Source of the DNA: Macrostomum lignano
Lineage: Eukaryota
DNA length: 48,313 nucleotides
Assembly: GCA_002269645.1 (NCBI GenBank)
Contig: NIVC01002794.1
Span: forward strand, 1-48,313
Reading direction: 5' to 3'
In this document: piece by piece, positions 1 to 11,567 of the stretch
Layout: each line of letters begins with the position of its first letter
Position numbering within the stretch: position 1 is the stretch's first letter
Made by a program: the position numbers and the translations under genes
The notes under the pieces: generated by a model
The model's database searches: none
Told to the model about the DNA's origin: nothing
Seen by the model: only the letters and a program-made list of their open reading frames with translations

Positions 1-2074
1 AAGTTGCGTTAATTTTGCTTTAGGGTTTTTTTTACATGTAAGTCGCATTTTTGGCCAAAAACTACGTCGCATTTTTTGTTAAAACTAAGTCGCATGGCCG
101 ACCGAATTTTGGAGGTTGCGCATGTATGTTTTCAATGCATAATCTGTCTCTTTTCTAGCCAGCGTAAGAAAGTAATCAAAATAATAAAAAAACAATTTTT
201 ACCAGAGAACAGGTTTTATAAATATAGGTCTTTTGCCTTGCTCTGTACACAGTTAAGTTTGATCTGCTGTTTTTCGCATCTAAATGTTATTTTGTTTAAA
301 AATACAGAGAAGAGCGCATCATTTTTGTTTATTATATAAGCCTTATAAAATTATATTATTGTTATTATTGACCCGAATTCTTTATCAGAGCTTTATCTGC
401 AGGTTTCATTTTTGTATATCCATTTTATTCAGTAAACTGTCATCCGCGCCATCGTCTACGCTCGTGTCAGTTGGTTACTCTTGGCGGCTTGCAGTAATGT
501 TTTATTAAATAGTTGGATATGTTTATATACTGCGTTATTAATTGTTAAATATAAACTAAAACTGTAATAAATTCTGATATGCAAAGCTATATATTAATAA
601 GACTTTCACTTTCCGTAGCGGGTGCGGCGCTCATTCCGCGTGACTCACCGCCGTTTTTGCTCATCGGGATTGGGAGCGATTGGCTCGGAAGTCGGAAGTC
701 TGAACTGGATTTGCACTTCAAATGCCCCGTCGGTTACCATACTAAGCTATGAGGGGATTACTGCGTGTGCGTGTGCTGTTGCTAAAAATAGATCTGCAAT
801 AGCCTTGAGGTCAACCCAGTGCGATCACCCCCCCCCGTTTTACTGCGTGACTCACTATGGGGTGGTGGCCTATTTTGGTCTTTCGCGAACATTCTACAGA
901 TAAGGCGTCACCAATTGGTCATGCGGTACGGCCTCTGGCCCCTTACTCTCTCGCTTATTCAGCCACGCTGAACTGCTTTTGCACTGGAAAAGCAAAACCT
1001 ATGCTGCCTAATAAAGCAGAATTGCGTCTTAGCCTTATTTACCCGCGGCACAAATGAATCCGCAGGGCAGTAAAGCAGATATGCAAAGCACAAATGATTA
1101 AATTATGTACGGTATACGCCCATTTTTTAAGCACTAACATTGAGGATTTCCTGTATGTCAAGTGAAGATTAAACAAAATAAAACTTTTATAAACATTTTG
1201 AGAGCTGTACGTAAGTGACATAAAACTAGGCGAATATACGTAGTGCATATTTAATTATAACCTTTACATCAATACGGGATACAGTAAAATACAAACTCAA
1301 GGAGATGACATGGCCTCACCGTCTCTGTACCAGAGGTCAGAGGAGATGAGAGATGAGAGGATAAGAAAGAGAAGAGAAGAGAGCTGGGGAAATTCTATTA
1401 CGAAGTTTCAAAGGGCCCGAGGGCCGGATGGAGTGACAAGGACCACTGTAGTAGCAAAACCAATAGTAAAGCTAAACAAATAGTTGTTGCTACAGTGGTT
1501 TTCTGACCTCCTGCTCAATGAGCGTCCACGGATGCCTGTGCTATACTAAATATAATCAACTAATTCGCTGGTTGGCTTATGTACGCTCGCAATTAATTCC
1601 TTATCAGTCAGCAGGCCTCAATACCTTGCGATCAAAAGTCATTTAAAGACAGACGAAGAGAAAACCCCCGAAGGGGTCGGAAATGCGAGCGATTCGAACC
1701 TGCATGCCCGCCCACGCAATAGCCTGTGCCGCCTGTGCGGTAGGGAGCGGAAATCAAGAAGACTGTTAGGCTTTCCGCTAAAGCAATGGCGCGCCGGTGC
1801 ACGGGCGGGTAGCGAGAGTTCAGCACCTGGCAATACCCGCTCGTAAAGTGTGGTAGAAAGCAGGAAAGCCCAGGTGTGCGAGTCTGCTGCAGAGAGAAGC
1901 CCCCCCACAGCAAGCTCTTCGCGTGGGAAAGTGCAGCAGCTGATTATGCAGAGAATGCCTGAGGTGGGCGGCGCCCGGGTGCCACCCAGTGACATTTCCG
2001 TCAATTCTTCCTGCCTGCTCTCTGACCGTTGTGCTGTGGGGCCTGCTGCCATGCTTAATTATACCCGGTGAGGC

Positions 2075-2667
<593 letters not shown>

Positions 2668-3488
2668 CCTATCGATCTATTTATGTATGTATGGATGTAT
2701 GTATATTTCAGATTTATAGATATACATGCCTTTGTAGTATCTGTAAACTTTAATTTTCAAACGCTCTGCATATACTTGTGGACAACTTAAACATATCCAA
2801 CATAGCGTACAGAATATCTATAAGACATACCATGACTCAAGGTATGAATCACGATCGAGAGGGGATTCGTCAAGGCGATGACTGCTGCTGGCCAGGGTGC
2901 CTGGGCATGACCTCACTTCTTGTCGAGAGCCAGTGCAGCAGTGACTGATTGGCCCAGTGATTTATGCGAGTGTCGTCATCTCCGTACAATGCGCTGGCTC
3001 AGCAGAGAATTCCTGTCTTGTGCGTGCTGAGTCAGCCGATTTTGCTTCCTTCTAATTTTTATCGCATAATTCATACGAAAGAGCCATATATTTCTACTAA
3101 CAGTAAGCATTTGGCAAAGAACGCGGAAATATAAATCACAGAAAAGCAGAGTGATAAAAAGGAATTCCAAGATTCTATAATAACGAAAAACGCTATTTTT
3201 ACTACTCATCGGATTTCCCCGTTGTAAGTAGGGTAGTAAAACATGAAGTTGAAAGATTTTGCAAGGGACAATCAATTTGATTCTTGCCTTGATTCTTATC
3301 AAGTGGAAATTTTCCCTAATTTTCTGTCTCGTTTGTTAAACTGATTTTGCGAGACTAAACGCAGTTAGTAACGAAATCGGAGTGAAAAGAATGAAAAAAA
3401 CAAATATTCGACCCCAATTCTGCCACAAAGCGGACCTGTATTCAGGAAAAAACGCTGTTAAAATAGGAAAACTTCAGTTGCCGCTCAG

Positions 3489-3556
3489 ACTTCCGTTTGT
3501 CTCAAAGAGAACTTGAGAGCTCATTGCAACCCCGGAAGTGGTATTGCACCGGAAGT
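3489..3556 (+). promoter_or_regulatory. Cluster of ETS/GABP-type motifs upstream of the TRP gene
   Basis: CCGGAAGT at 3532-3539 and 3549-3556, and ACTTCCG (reverse CGGAAGT) at 3489-3495, about 360-430 bp upstream of the ATG at 3917. Confidence 0.35.
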
Positions 3557-3916
3557 AGCAGGAATAACTCAACTTTCTATGTCTGCTCAGTCAGAGGAAG
3601 GCAATCCCAAAGTTTGCAGGTTCAATAGGTTCATTTGTGCCACCTGGTCCAGGTTAGCAACCAAGGGAAAGGTGAGAGAGGGACTTGTGCAGGTATTTTT
3701 TAGCTGGGAGATTTTTCGGTGCCTAACGAAGCCTGGCTTTTGATTCGCAGGGCCTCGGGGAGGACCAGCATTAGCGGCCGTCGGATCCGGTTGAATTCTC
3801 CGCTGCATACAGGCAGACAGCAGACTGACACTCAAGATTACCTGGTCTCTCTCTCTCTCTCTATTTTGCAAGCGAAAGCCGTTGGCGCACTGCTGCCCGC
3901 CTCAGCTAGGCCTGCA

Positions 3917-6900
3917 ATGTCTGAGTCGCCACCGTCTGGAGACTCCAGTAACGCCGCCGGCTCCCAAGAGGCCGCCGCGAGCGACCCCAGCGGCGAGCTG
4001 GCGGCGCAGCTGCACGACGCTGTGCGAGACAACCAGCCCGACAAGCTGCGCCAAGTGCTGCTGCAGTTGGTTGACATTGCCGGCGCTGGCGCCATTGAAG
4101 CGCCAGATGACCGCGGAGACTCGGCGCTGCACGCGTGCGCCGCTGCCGGTCTGACCGAGTGCGCCGAGCTGCTGCTGACGTTCGGCGCCAATGCGGACCG
4201 GCCAAACTCGGCAGGCGACCGGCCGCTCCACCTGGCTGCAGCGGCGGGCGAGCGCAGCAAAGGCGTCGCCCGCGAGCTGCTCCGGTGCGGCGCCGATCCG
4301 ACTCAGCTCGACGCCATCGGCGACAACGCGCTGCACGTGGCCTGCTACGCCGAGTGTGGCCGCATCGCCGACCTCCTGTTGCGGGCAAAGCCTTCCATTG
4401 TCAACAGTCGGAATAGCAGCGGCAGCACTGGCCTGCATATTGCCGCCTCGTGTGAGAATCATGAGCTGCTTGGCCAGCTGCTCTGTCACGGTGCCGACTT
4501 CTCTCTGGCTGATAGTCGCGGCCAGACGCCGGTCGATTTGCTGCTGCAGGGCCCGGACACATCCGGCATCGACTGCCTCGGCAGGCACCTGATGCGCCGC
4601 CTTCGACAGTTCAATAACGGCCAGGACATAATCGGGGTGTTCGCCTCTTTTGAAGGTCGCGAGTTCGTGCGCCAGTTGCTGCTCATTGACAGCGACATTG
4701 ATGGACAGTCAAAGAGAGCTGAAGCAAAGGACTTGGACCCGGAGGGCTTGGAAGCCGAAGAAGATGAAGAGGCGGTGAAGCAGCGGCAATGGCAGCTGTC
4801 CAGGCTTGAGCTGGCTGCCTCCCGTCGCACCGTGGACGCCAAGCAGCTCATTGATGCTCTGATCGCCGCCTTCCAGGCCGGATTGAGCTGCAGCCTCGAG
4901 TCCAGCGGCCTGCTGAGTCGGATCACCTGGCAGCTGTGCCAGCTGGTGCTGTTTGCCGAGAACACGCGCCTGCTGAAGCGGCTGGTTGAACATCGGCACC
5001 TCTGGAGAGCGCTCTCCCGCCAACTGGAGGTTGCCATCGACAAATTGTATGCCAAGACGTTGCGCAAGCAGAAGGCAGGCGTGCGCGAGCTGCTCCAGCA
5101 GCGGTGCTGCATCGACGGCGGCACTTCGATCTCGTTTGCAAGGCTCAACAAGCTGCTGGCCGAGCTCACCACTTACTGGCAGTTCGCCAGCCGCCAGATG
5201 GTGTTCGACTTTGGAGAGCGACGCGGCGGCGACGACTGGTGCCAGAAGCGGCCGCTCCGAGACCCCGCCCAGTCGCTGGTGCTGTGGGCGATCCTGAGCG
5301 GCCGGCCGGGCCTGGTGCCGATCTTGCTGCAGCAGGAGGAGTTCGACCTGGTGCCGCTAGCCTTGCTCGCCGCAACGCTGCTCCGCTCACTGGCACGTCG
5401 ACGCGACATCGAGGACGTGTTCGCTGACCGGGCCGGTCGCATCGCCGACATCTGCGAGGCGATGGCCGTCAAAGTGATCAAGCAGGTGAAGGAGGTTGAC
5501 GATTCACCCGGCAACTGCCTCACCATCAGCTACGTGAGTATGCCTCTGCCCAACTACGCTAACTACACGATTCTTGACCTGTCTGCTCGAGGCGGGGCGG
5601 GCAGTTTCATCAAGCTGGACATTGTTGAACTGGCAACGGAGAAGAACTGGTATGGGGACTTTTTCAACTTCCGCAAGCCTGCCCTGCGCGAGCTGGTGAT
5701 TGCGGCCGGGTTCGTTCCACCGCTGCTGCTCTTCCTGCCCGGCCTGCTGCGCCGGTTCCGCGGTCCTGGCACGCGCGCCTTCCTCGACTCGGTGCTCAAC
5801 GATTCCGGACCAACCGAACATCCGGGCAACTGTCCGGAGACGTTCCGTCTGCTCGCCTCGGATTTCCAGGTGGCCAGACGCCGACGCCGACGACAGGACT
5901 CTGAACTGGAAGCGCGCAGTCGCCGCCTGTGGCAGCGAGCGAGCGAGTTCGGCAGCGAGCTGGCGCTGTTTTACAACACGCCGTGCGTCAAGTTTCGCTT
6001 GCACGCGGCGGCCTCGTTTGTGTTCATCGGCCTGCTGTCCTACGTGATACTGCACGACTTTCAGGTGACCAGCGGCTCTGGGAAGGGAGCAATCGATGAG
6101 GAATGAAACTGGGAAGTGGGAAATCAGCACTGTTTCTCGTCCAGAATCATGGATCGGCAATCTTTTATACCTTCAGGGCCAGATGGATATCCAGTTCATT
6201 GCTGCAGGACATTTTAATTGATTTAATTGGAGGGGCCGCAGTCCAGCAGTCTAGCGCGGCGCTCCCATGTTCCAGCGGCCCAGGCTCGATTCCAAGTGCA
6301 GTCATATTCATTTGGGGGCTAAATTGGAATCTCGGCCTGTCTTGAGGGCCGACCCCCAATGCACAGTAAAGTGTACATGCCTAACGATAAATAACGCTGG
6401 GAGCGCTGTACACTCCTGTGTGAGTGTGTGCCTGTGCGTATGACTGCGTACGTATCCGCGCGCTTGTGTGCCTGCTCACTGTGCTCAGGGGCGAGTATAC
6501 TTTTTGTCTTGATAAATCTTAGAGGTGTAACTTAATACGCAGCGTACAGTATTGTTTAACTTTCATTGTCTGTGGTTGAGGTCCACAGAAGGGGTAAACA
6601 ACGAAGAGAAAAAGTACAACGATAAATGGATAACCAAGCTGCTACAAAGAACTGCTACACAGCAATGCCTCTCGCCGGTTGTGTGACAATGCCACTTAAA
6701 GTGCGCCAGGGTGCGCCAGTACACAGCTACCCTGCCTCTAATAAAAAATGGTTAATTCTATAGATTTGGTACTGCAGACGAGGAGGGAAGAAAGGAAGAC
6801 GAACAAAAGATAAGAGGAAGGAGACAGAAAAAAGGAGATGGGAAAGGGAGGAGCGAGGAGAGATGATAAAATATTAGTGAAGAGGTGGGGGGAGAGAGAA

Positions 6901-9900
6901 GAGAGAGCAGAGCAGAGAGGAGATGGGGGAGAGAGAGAAGAGAGAGAAGAGCAGAGAGGAGATGGGGGAGAGAGAGAAGAGCAGAGAGGAGATGGGGGAG
7001 AGAGAGAAGAGCAGAGAGGAGATGGGAGAGAGAGAGAAGAGAGAGCAGAGAGAAGATGGGGGAGAGAGAGAAGAGCAGAGAGGAGATGGGGGAGAGAGAG
7101 AAGAGAGAGCAGAGAGAAGATGGGGGAGAGAGAGAAGAGCAGAGAGAAGATGGGGGAGAGAGAGAAGAGCAGAGAGAAGATGGGGGAGAGAGAGAAGAGA
7201 GAGCAGAGAGAAGATCGGGGAGAGAGAGAAGAGCAGAGAGGAGATGGGGGAGAGAGAGAAGAGAGAGCAGAGAGGAGATGGGGGGAGAGAGAAGAGCAGA
7301 GAGGAGATGGGAGAGAGAGAGAAGAGAGAGCAGAGAGGAGATGGGGGGAGAGAAGAGAGAGCAGAGAGGAGATGGGGGAGAGAGAGAAGAGCAGAGAGGA
7401 GATGGGGGAGAGAGAGAAGAGAGAGCAGAGAGGAGATGGGGGAGAGAGAGAAGAGAGAGCAGAGAGAAGATCGGGGAGAGAGAGAAGAGCAGAGAGGAGA
7501 TGGGAGAGAGAGAAGAGAGAGCAGAGAGGAGATGGGGGGAGAGAGAAGAGAGAGCAGAGAGGAGATGGGGGAGAGAGAAGAGCAGAGAGGAGATGGGGGA
7601 GAGAGAGAAGTTCAGAGAGGAGATGGGGAGAGAGAAGAGCAGAGAGGAGATGGGGGAGAGAGAAGAGCAGAGAGGAGATGGGGGAGAGAGAGAAGAGAGA
7701 GCAGAGAGGAGATGGGGGAGAGAGAAGAGCAGAGAGGAGATGGGGGAGAGAGAGAAGAGAGAGCAGAGAGGAGATGGGGGAGAGAGAAGAGAGAGCAGAG
7801 AGGAGATGGGGAGAGAGAAGAGAGAGCAGAGAGAAGAAGGGGGGAGAGAGAAGAGAGAGCAGAGAGGAGATGGGGGAGAGAGAAGAGAGAGCAGAGAGGA
7901 GATGGGGGAGAGAGAGAAGAGAGAGCAGAGAGAAGATGGGGGAGAGAGAGAAGAGAGAGCAGAGAGGAGATGGGGGAGAGAGAGAAGAGAGCAGAGAGGA
8001 GATGGGGGAGAGAGAAGAGAGAGCAGAGAGGAGATGGGGGGAGAGAGAAGAGAGAGCAGAGAGGAGATGGGGGAGAGAGAGAAGAGAGAGCAGAGAGAAG
8101 ATCGGGGAGAGAGAGAAGAGCAGAGAGGAGATGGGAGAGAGAGAGAAGAGAGAGCAGAGAGGAGATGGGGGAGAGAGAGAAGAGAGAGCAGAGAGGAGAT
8201 GGGGGAGAGAGAAGAGAGAGCAGAGAGGAGATGGGGGAGAGAGAGAAGAGAGAGCAGAGAGGAGATGGGGGGAGAGAGAAGAGAGAGCAGAGAGGAGATG
8301 GGGGAGAGAGAAGAGAGAGGAGAGCAGAGAGGAGAAAATATAAAAAAGTGCGAGAGGACACAATGGAGGGCGGAGCAAGTGGCCAAAGCTGTGCTTTGAA
8401 ATACGAGGTTAATTCAGCTCCAGCTCCGACTTTAGACCCCTGTCCAAAAAAATGCAGTCAATCGAAGGATACAAAATATTTACTAATTAATTTGGAGGAT
8501 CTAAAGTTTAAACAGGAAGAGATTAAAGATCACTGGCGCTAATCGGCAGTCTCCCAACCCTTACAACGCGGAGTGCCCTTTTTCATTTTCAGGGAGACGC
8601 CAGCCCCACAGAGGTGTTCTGCTACCTGACCCTGCTTGGCGTTCTAGTCGAGGAGCTGCGCGAGGTGGTCTCCGCTTGGCGCCAGGAGACACTGGCGGTC
8701 TACCTGACTGACGGCTGGAATGCCATGGACCTGGTTGCAATCCTCTGCGGCTTCCTGGCCTTTGCAGCCAGACAGATGGATTCGCAACATCTGCTGGTGC
8801 TCGGCGGCATGCTCAGCGAGCACGGCAAAGGCTGGGGCGACGTCAGCTACGTACTGATAGTCATCACCACGCTGATCTTCTGGATTCGCATCCTCTACAT
8901 CTCAGTGGTGCTCGAGTCTGTCGGCGTCAAGCTGAAGATGCTGTCTCTCATCGTCAGAAAGGACTTCATCCCGTTTCTGTACATCCTTGTGGTGATCATG
9001 GTGGGATTCGGAACCACTTTCCACGCCCTCCTGTGGCCAAATGCAAAGTTCTACAGCCAGGGCCGCATCAACGAGATTCCAACAGCGGAGATTCTTGTGG
9101 AAATGTTTCACAGGACCTTTTATACTATTGTTGGTGAGTAAATCAGATGAAAGAGATGCGCAACCGACAGCTCAGCCGCAGCTATTGCGCGGCGCATCTG
9201 AAGGCTGCGTACGGCTGTTCAGTCCAAGGACTGGGGGTCGCCACACACACCCTCAATTACCCCAGCTAATGCTGGCACCCATTTTACAGCTGGGTGAACT
9301 GAAGCAATGCAGAGTTAAGTGTCTTGCTCATGGATATAAATTATTCCGAGTGAGTTGAGAATCGAACCCCCCGACCTTCAAGTCGTGAGTCCGACGCTCT
9401 GACCACTAGGCTACAGCCCCCTAGCACGTCAAGAGACAATTTACAAGTATATAAGCATGAATAACTAAAAGCAGACTCATAAACTCATACACACGCTCAC
9501 ACAGGGAGCACAGCGGCACTTGAATTTCTCATCGTGACTCACCAAGTGTACGTACATTGAGCCCCAAATTAATGCGGTCACGCGCTGAATCGAACCAATG
9601 TACTTTAGCCGACGCACTACCCCCCCTCAGTGGGCAATCTCTTATGAATTTATGATGCTCAACCTATCGCTACTGTCTCGAACTTATTGCTACTGAGCAG
9701 GCGAGTACGGCCTGGACGACCTGAAGAAATAGTGCGACGCTCCAACAAGCGCCAACGTGTCCACCCAGCTGGCAACGGAGTCAATGATTGCAGAGAAGTG
9801 CGTCGGCTTCCCTGGCAATGTGCTGGTGCCGTACGGTCTCATGGCAGCGTACATAGTGATCGTGCAGGTGCTTCTCCTGAACGTCATCGTGGCCATGTTC

Positions 9901-10335
9901 AGCAAGACCGTCGATATGGTCGACTCCGAGTCCAAGTCGCTCTGGCTATTTGAGCGCTACGACCTCAGCCGGGAGTTCTCCAAGCGCTCCCCGCTGCCGG
10001 CACCGCTCAACCTGCTGTTGGAGGGCCGCAACCTGACGGCCTGGCTGCTGGTCTCTCTGCTACGCCGCCTCATCGGTCGGGCGCCTCGACGCCGCACAAT
10101 GCTAGACGTGCTGGCGCAGAATACCAGGAACTTTGTGCACCTGTTCTACCTGTACTACCAGTCGGTCACACTGAGAAAACTGCGCAACCGGCTGAGCTGC
10201 ACCCGCTGGCAGCTGGAGGAGGATGAGTTCAGCCAGGAGGGCTTCGCACTACTCACCCGACTGGAGGAGCTGCGCGCTGCACTGGAGGGCGCCAGGATTG
10301 AGGAGCGGCGAGGCACCGGCGGCAGGGACGATTAA
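3917..10335 (+). CDS. Ankyrin-repeat TRP cation channel with TRPM-type linker, S1-S6 and TRP box; 3 exons; one in-frame TAG (codon 907 of 1108), so possibly a pseudogene
   Basis: join(3917-6064, 8593-9133, 9701-10335). Splice sites CAG|GTGACC, TTTTCAG|GGA, G|GTGAGT and GAGCAG|GC give phases 0 and 1, consistent. Five ankyrin motifs (QLHDAV, SALHAC, RPLHLA, NALHVA, TGLHIA). TRPM-like segments: DPAQSLVLWAILSGR...LALLAATLLRSLA, FYNTPCVKF...LLSYVILHDF, LVEELREV, LLNVIVAMF, LWLFERY, SPLPAPLNLL. TAG at 9730-9732. Confidence 0.9.
6231..6470 (+). mobile_element. tRNA-derived SINE (local family B), copy 1, in TRP intron 1
   Basis: tRNA-like head with B-box GGCTCGATTCC at 6283-6293, then body motifs ATTCATTTGGGGGCTAAAT and GCGCTGTACACTCCTGTGTGAGTGTGTG. 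A diverged copy lies at about 9470-9640 on the - strand. Boundaries approximate. Confidence 0.55.
6880..8335. repeat. Purine-rich minisatellite (variable ~25-32 bp unit, e.g. GAGAGAAGAGAGAGCAGAGAGGAGATGGGG) in TRP intron 1
   Basis: About 1.45 kb of almost pure A/G on the + strand. It is the source of the 500-aa low-complexity ORFs on both strands. Confidence 0.95.
9170..9420 (-). mobile_element. tRNA-derived SINE with CORE(MIR)-like central domain in TRP intron 2
   Basis: Minus-strand head GGCTGTAGCCTAGTGGTCAGAGCGTCGG...GGGTTCGATTCT carries A and B boxes. The adjacent + strand CCCATTTTACAGCTGGGTGAACTGAAGCAATGCAGAGTTAAGTGTCTTGCTCA (from 9278) resembles the recalled MIR core CCCATTTTACAGATGAGGAAACTGAGGC...GTTAAGTAACTTGCCCA. 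The 3' boundary is approximate. Confidence 0.7.
9470..9640 (-). mobile_element. tRNA-derived SINE (local family B), copy 2, diverged
   Basis: The minus strand reads GGTTCGATTCAGC...ATTAATTTGGGGCTCAAT...GCCGCTGTGCTCCCTGTGTGAGCGTGTG, colinear with motifs of the 6231-6470 copy. Confidence 0.5.
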
Positions 10336-10337
10336 GT

Positions 10338-10987
10338 CAAGGACTACTCAAGTAGAAGGACAGGAAACTTCGTTTCTTGCAAAATTTTACAAGAAATTAT
10401 AATTAGAAAACTATAATTCTATGTAAATTGTATATCCTCCGTACAATCGTACATGCACTGCGCCTAAAAATCATTAAAATTATGGCACAAATCGACTCAT
10501 TGGCTTTATGAATCTACGAGTATTTTATCATTCTTAGCTGAATGACTGAGCAACAAAGTTTTTAACATGATGAAAAAATCGATTTCTAAAACCAACAGAG
10601 CCGTACCATTTTTTATGATTGTTAGATACAGGACATGTACGTAGGGTATAGCATGAACATAAAGACACATCAAAATATGAACATTGGGTCTTCCTAGCCG
10701 TTAAAAACAATAATAATTTTTGTGCTGAAAAAAATGAAAACCTCCCATCTACGCAATGTACTACTTCAGTAAAACCTGCCTTTTAAAATTTCCCAAAAAC
10801 GTGTTTCCCGTCCATCTACTTGAGTAGTCCTTGAGTAGTCCTTGAGTAGTCCTTGAGTAGTCCTTGAGTAGTCCTTGAGTAGTCCTTGAGTAGTCCTTGA
10901 GTAGTCCTTGAGTAGTCCTTGAGTAGTCCTTGAGTAGTCCTTGAGTAGTCCTTGAGTAGTCCTTGAGTAGTCCTTGAGTAGTCCTTG
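10338..10987. mobile_element. MITE-like non-autonomous DNA transposon (about 650 bp) with ~55 bp imperfect TIRs and CA...TG ends
   Basis: Left end CAAGGACTACTCAAGTAGAAGGACAGGAAAC matches the reverse complement of the right end, CAAGGACTACTCAAGTAGATGGACGGGAAAC. Flanks GATTAAGT (10330-10337) and GATTGAAT (10988-10995) match 6/8, a candidate 8-bp TSD. Confidence 0.75.
10819..10987. repeat. 15 x 11-bp tandem array CTTGAGTAGTC forming the right terminus of the MITE
   Basis: Perfect units at 10819-10983 plus CTTG. The unit is the reverse complement of the terminal part of the left TIR. Confidence 0.95.
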
Positions 10988-11567
10988 GATTGAATGACGG
11001 AGCAAAGCGACTTACAATCCGCTCTAGGCTATATGGATCTCCTATGGAGCAGCAATTCCGATTTCGTTGGGTCATAGTACACGCATGTGCAATTCCAGTA
11101 GAAAATAATGAAAATCTTGTCAAATTTATGCCAGAAACGATGAAAGTAGCTCGTAAATCAGAAGTCGTGCATCGGCAGTCACGGATATTCTTTGGTCAGG
11201 TAGCCAAGCAGCCTTTTTTAATTTGTTGTTATACGGTAAAAAAAAATATAATTGGAGAAACCTAAGTTTTATAGTGACAAAAAGTTTGTAAAACGCACGT
11301 TATACTACTTCTAGTGGACTACTTGCTGTCATTAAGATTTTTTGCGCGTGCGAATTATTCTCTTCTGGAAAGTGAATAATTTAGACGTTGAGAGACTTTT
11401 GTTTAATTTGTTTATTATCCAGACGTTATAGTTGTTATATCAATTAGGATGAAAACAACTTTGTTCCTTTCCACTTCACAAATATTTTGACTCGCGGTGC
11501 CGATGCATTAAACAGAAATTTCCAAATCTTCCGGCCAAATTGTGGGTGCAGCCGACTCTCAAAGCAA

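Noticed and set aside
1-1300. Short ORFs and AP-1-like TGACTCA motifs in the first 1.3 kb
   Set aside because: AT-rich with no domain similarity. Isolated 7-bp motifs are expected by chance and no gene start is linked to them.
1442-1499. 10-bp inverted repeat ACCACTGTAG...CTACAGTGGT
   Set aside because: Too short and isolated; no TSD, Helitron CTRR end or second copy was seen.
1615-2066. GC-rich exon-like segment (CAG acceptor at 1614, GTGAG donor at 2067) reading ...RNSLCRLCGRE...
   Set aside because: It has an in-frame TAA at 1844-1846, no recognisable domain beyond one CxxC, and no partner exons. It may be a decayed exon or transposon piece. If real, it would also weaken the TAG-only observation.
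6738-8542. 500-aa E/R/G-rich and S/L/P-rich ORFs, and similar ORFs at 1989-2790, 26444-27509, 28663-29541, 41329-41938 and 45740-46276
   Set aside because: All are low-complexity translations of micro- or minisatellites, open in several frames on both strands.
9345-9420. Possible tRNA-Val(CAC) gene on the minus strand
   Set aside because: A and B boxes are present, but the acceptor stem does not pair well and the sequence runs directly into a SINE body. It is treated as a SINE head; tRNAscan-SE would settle it.
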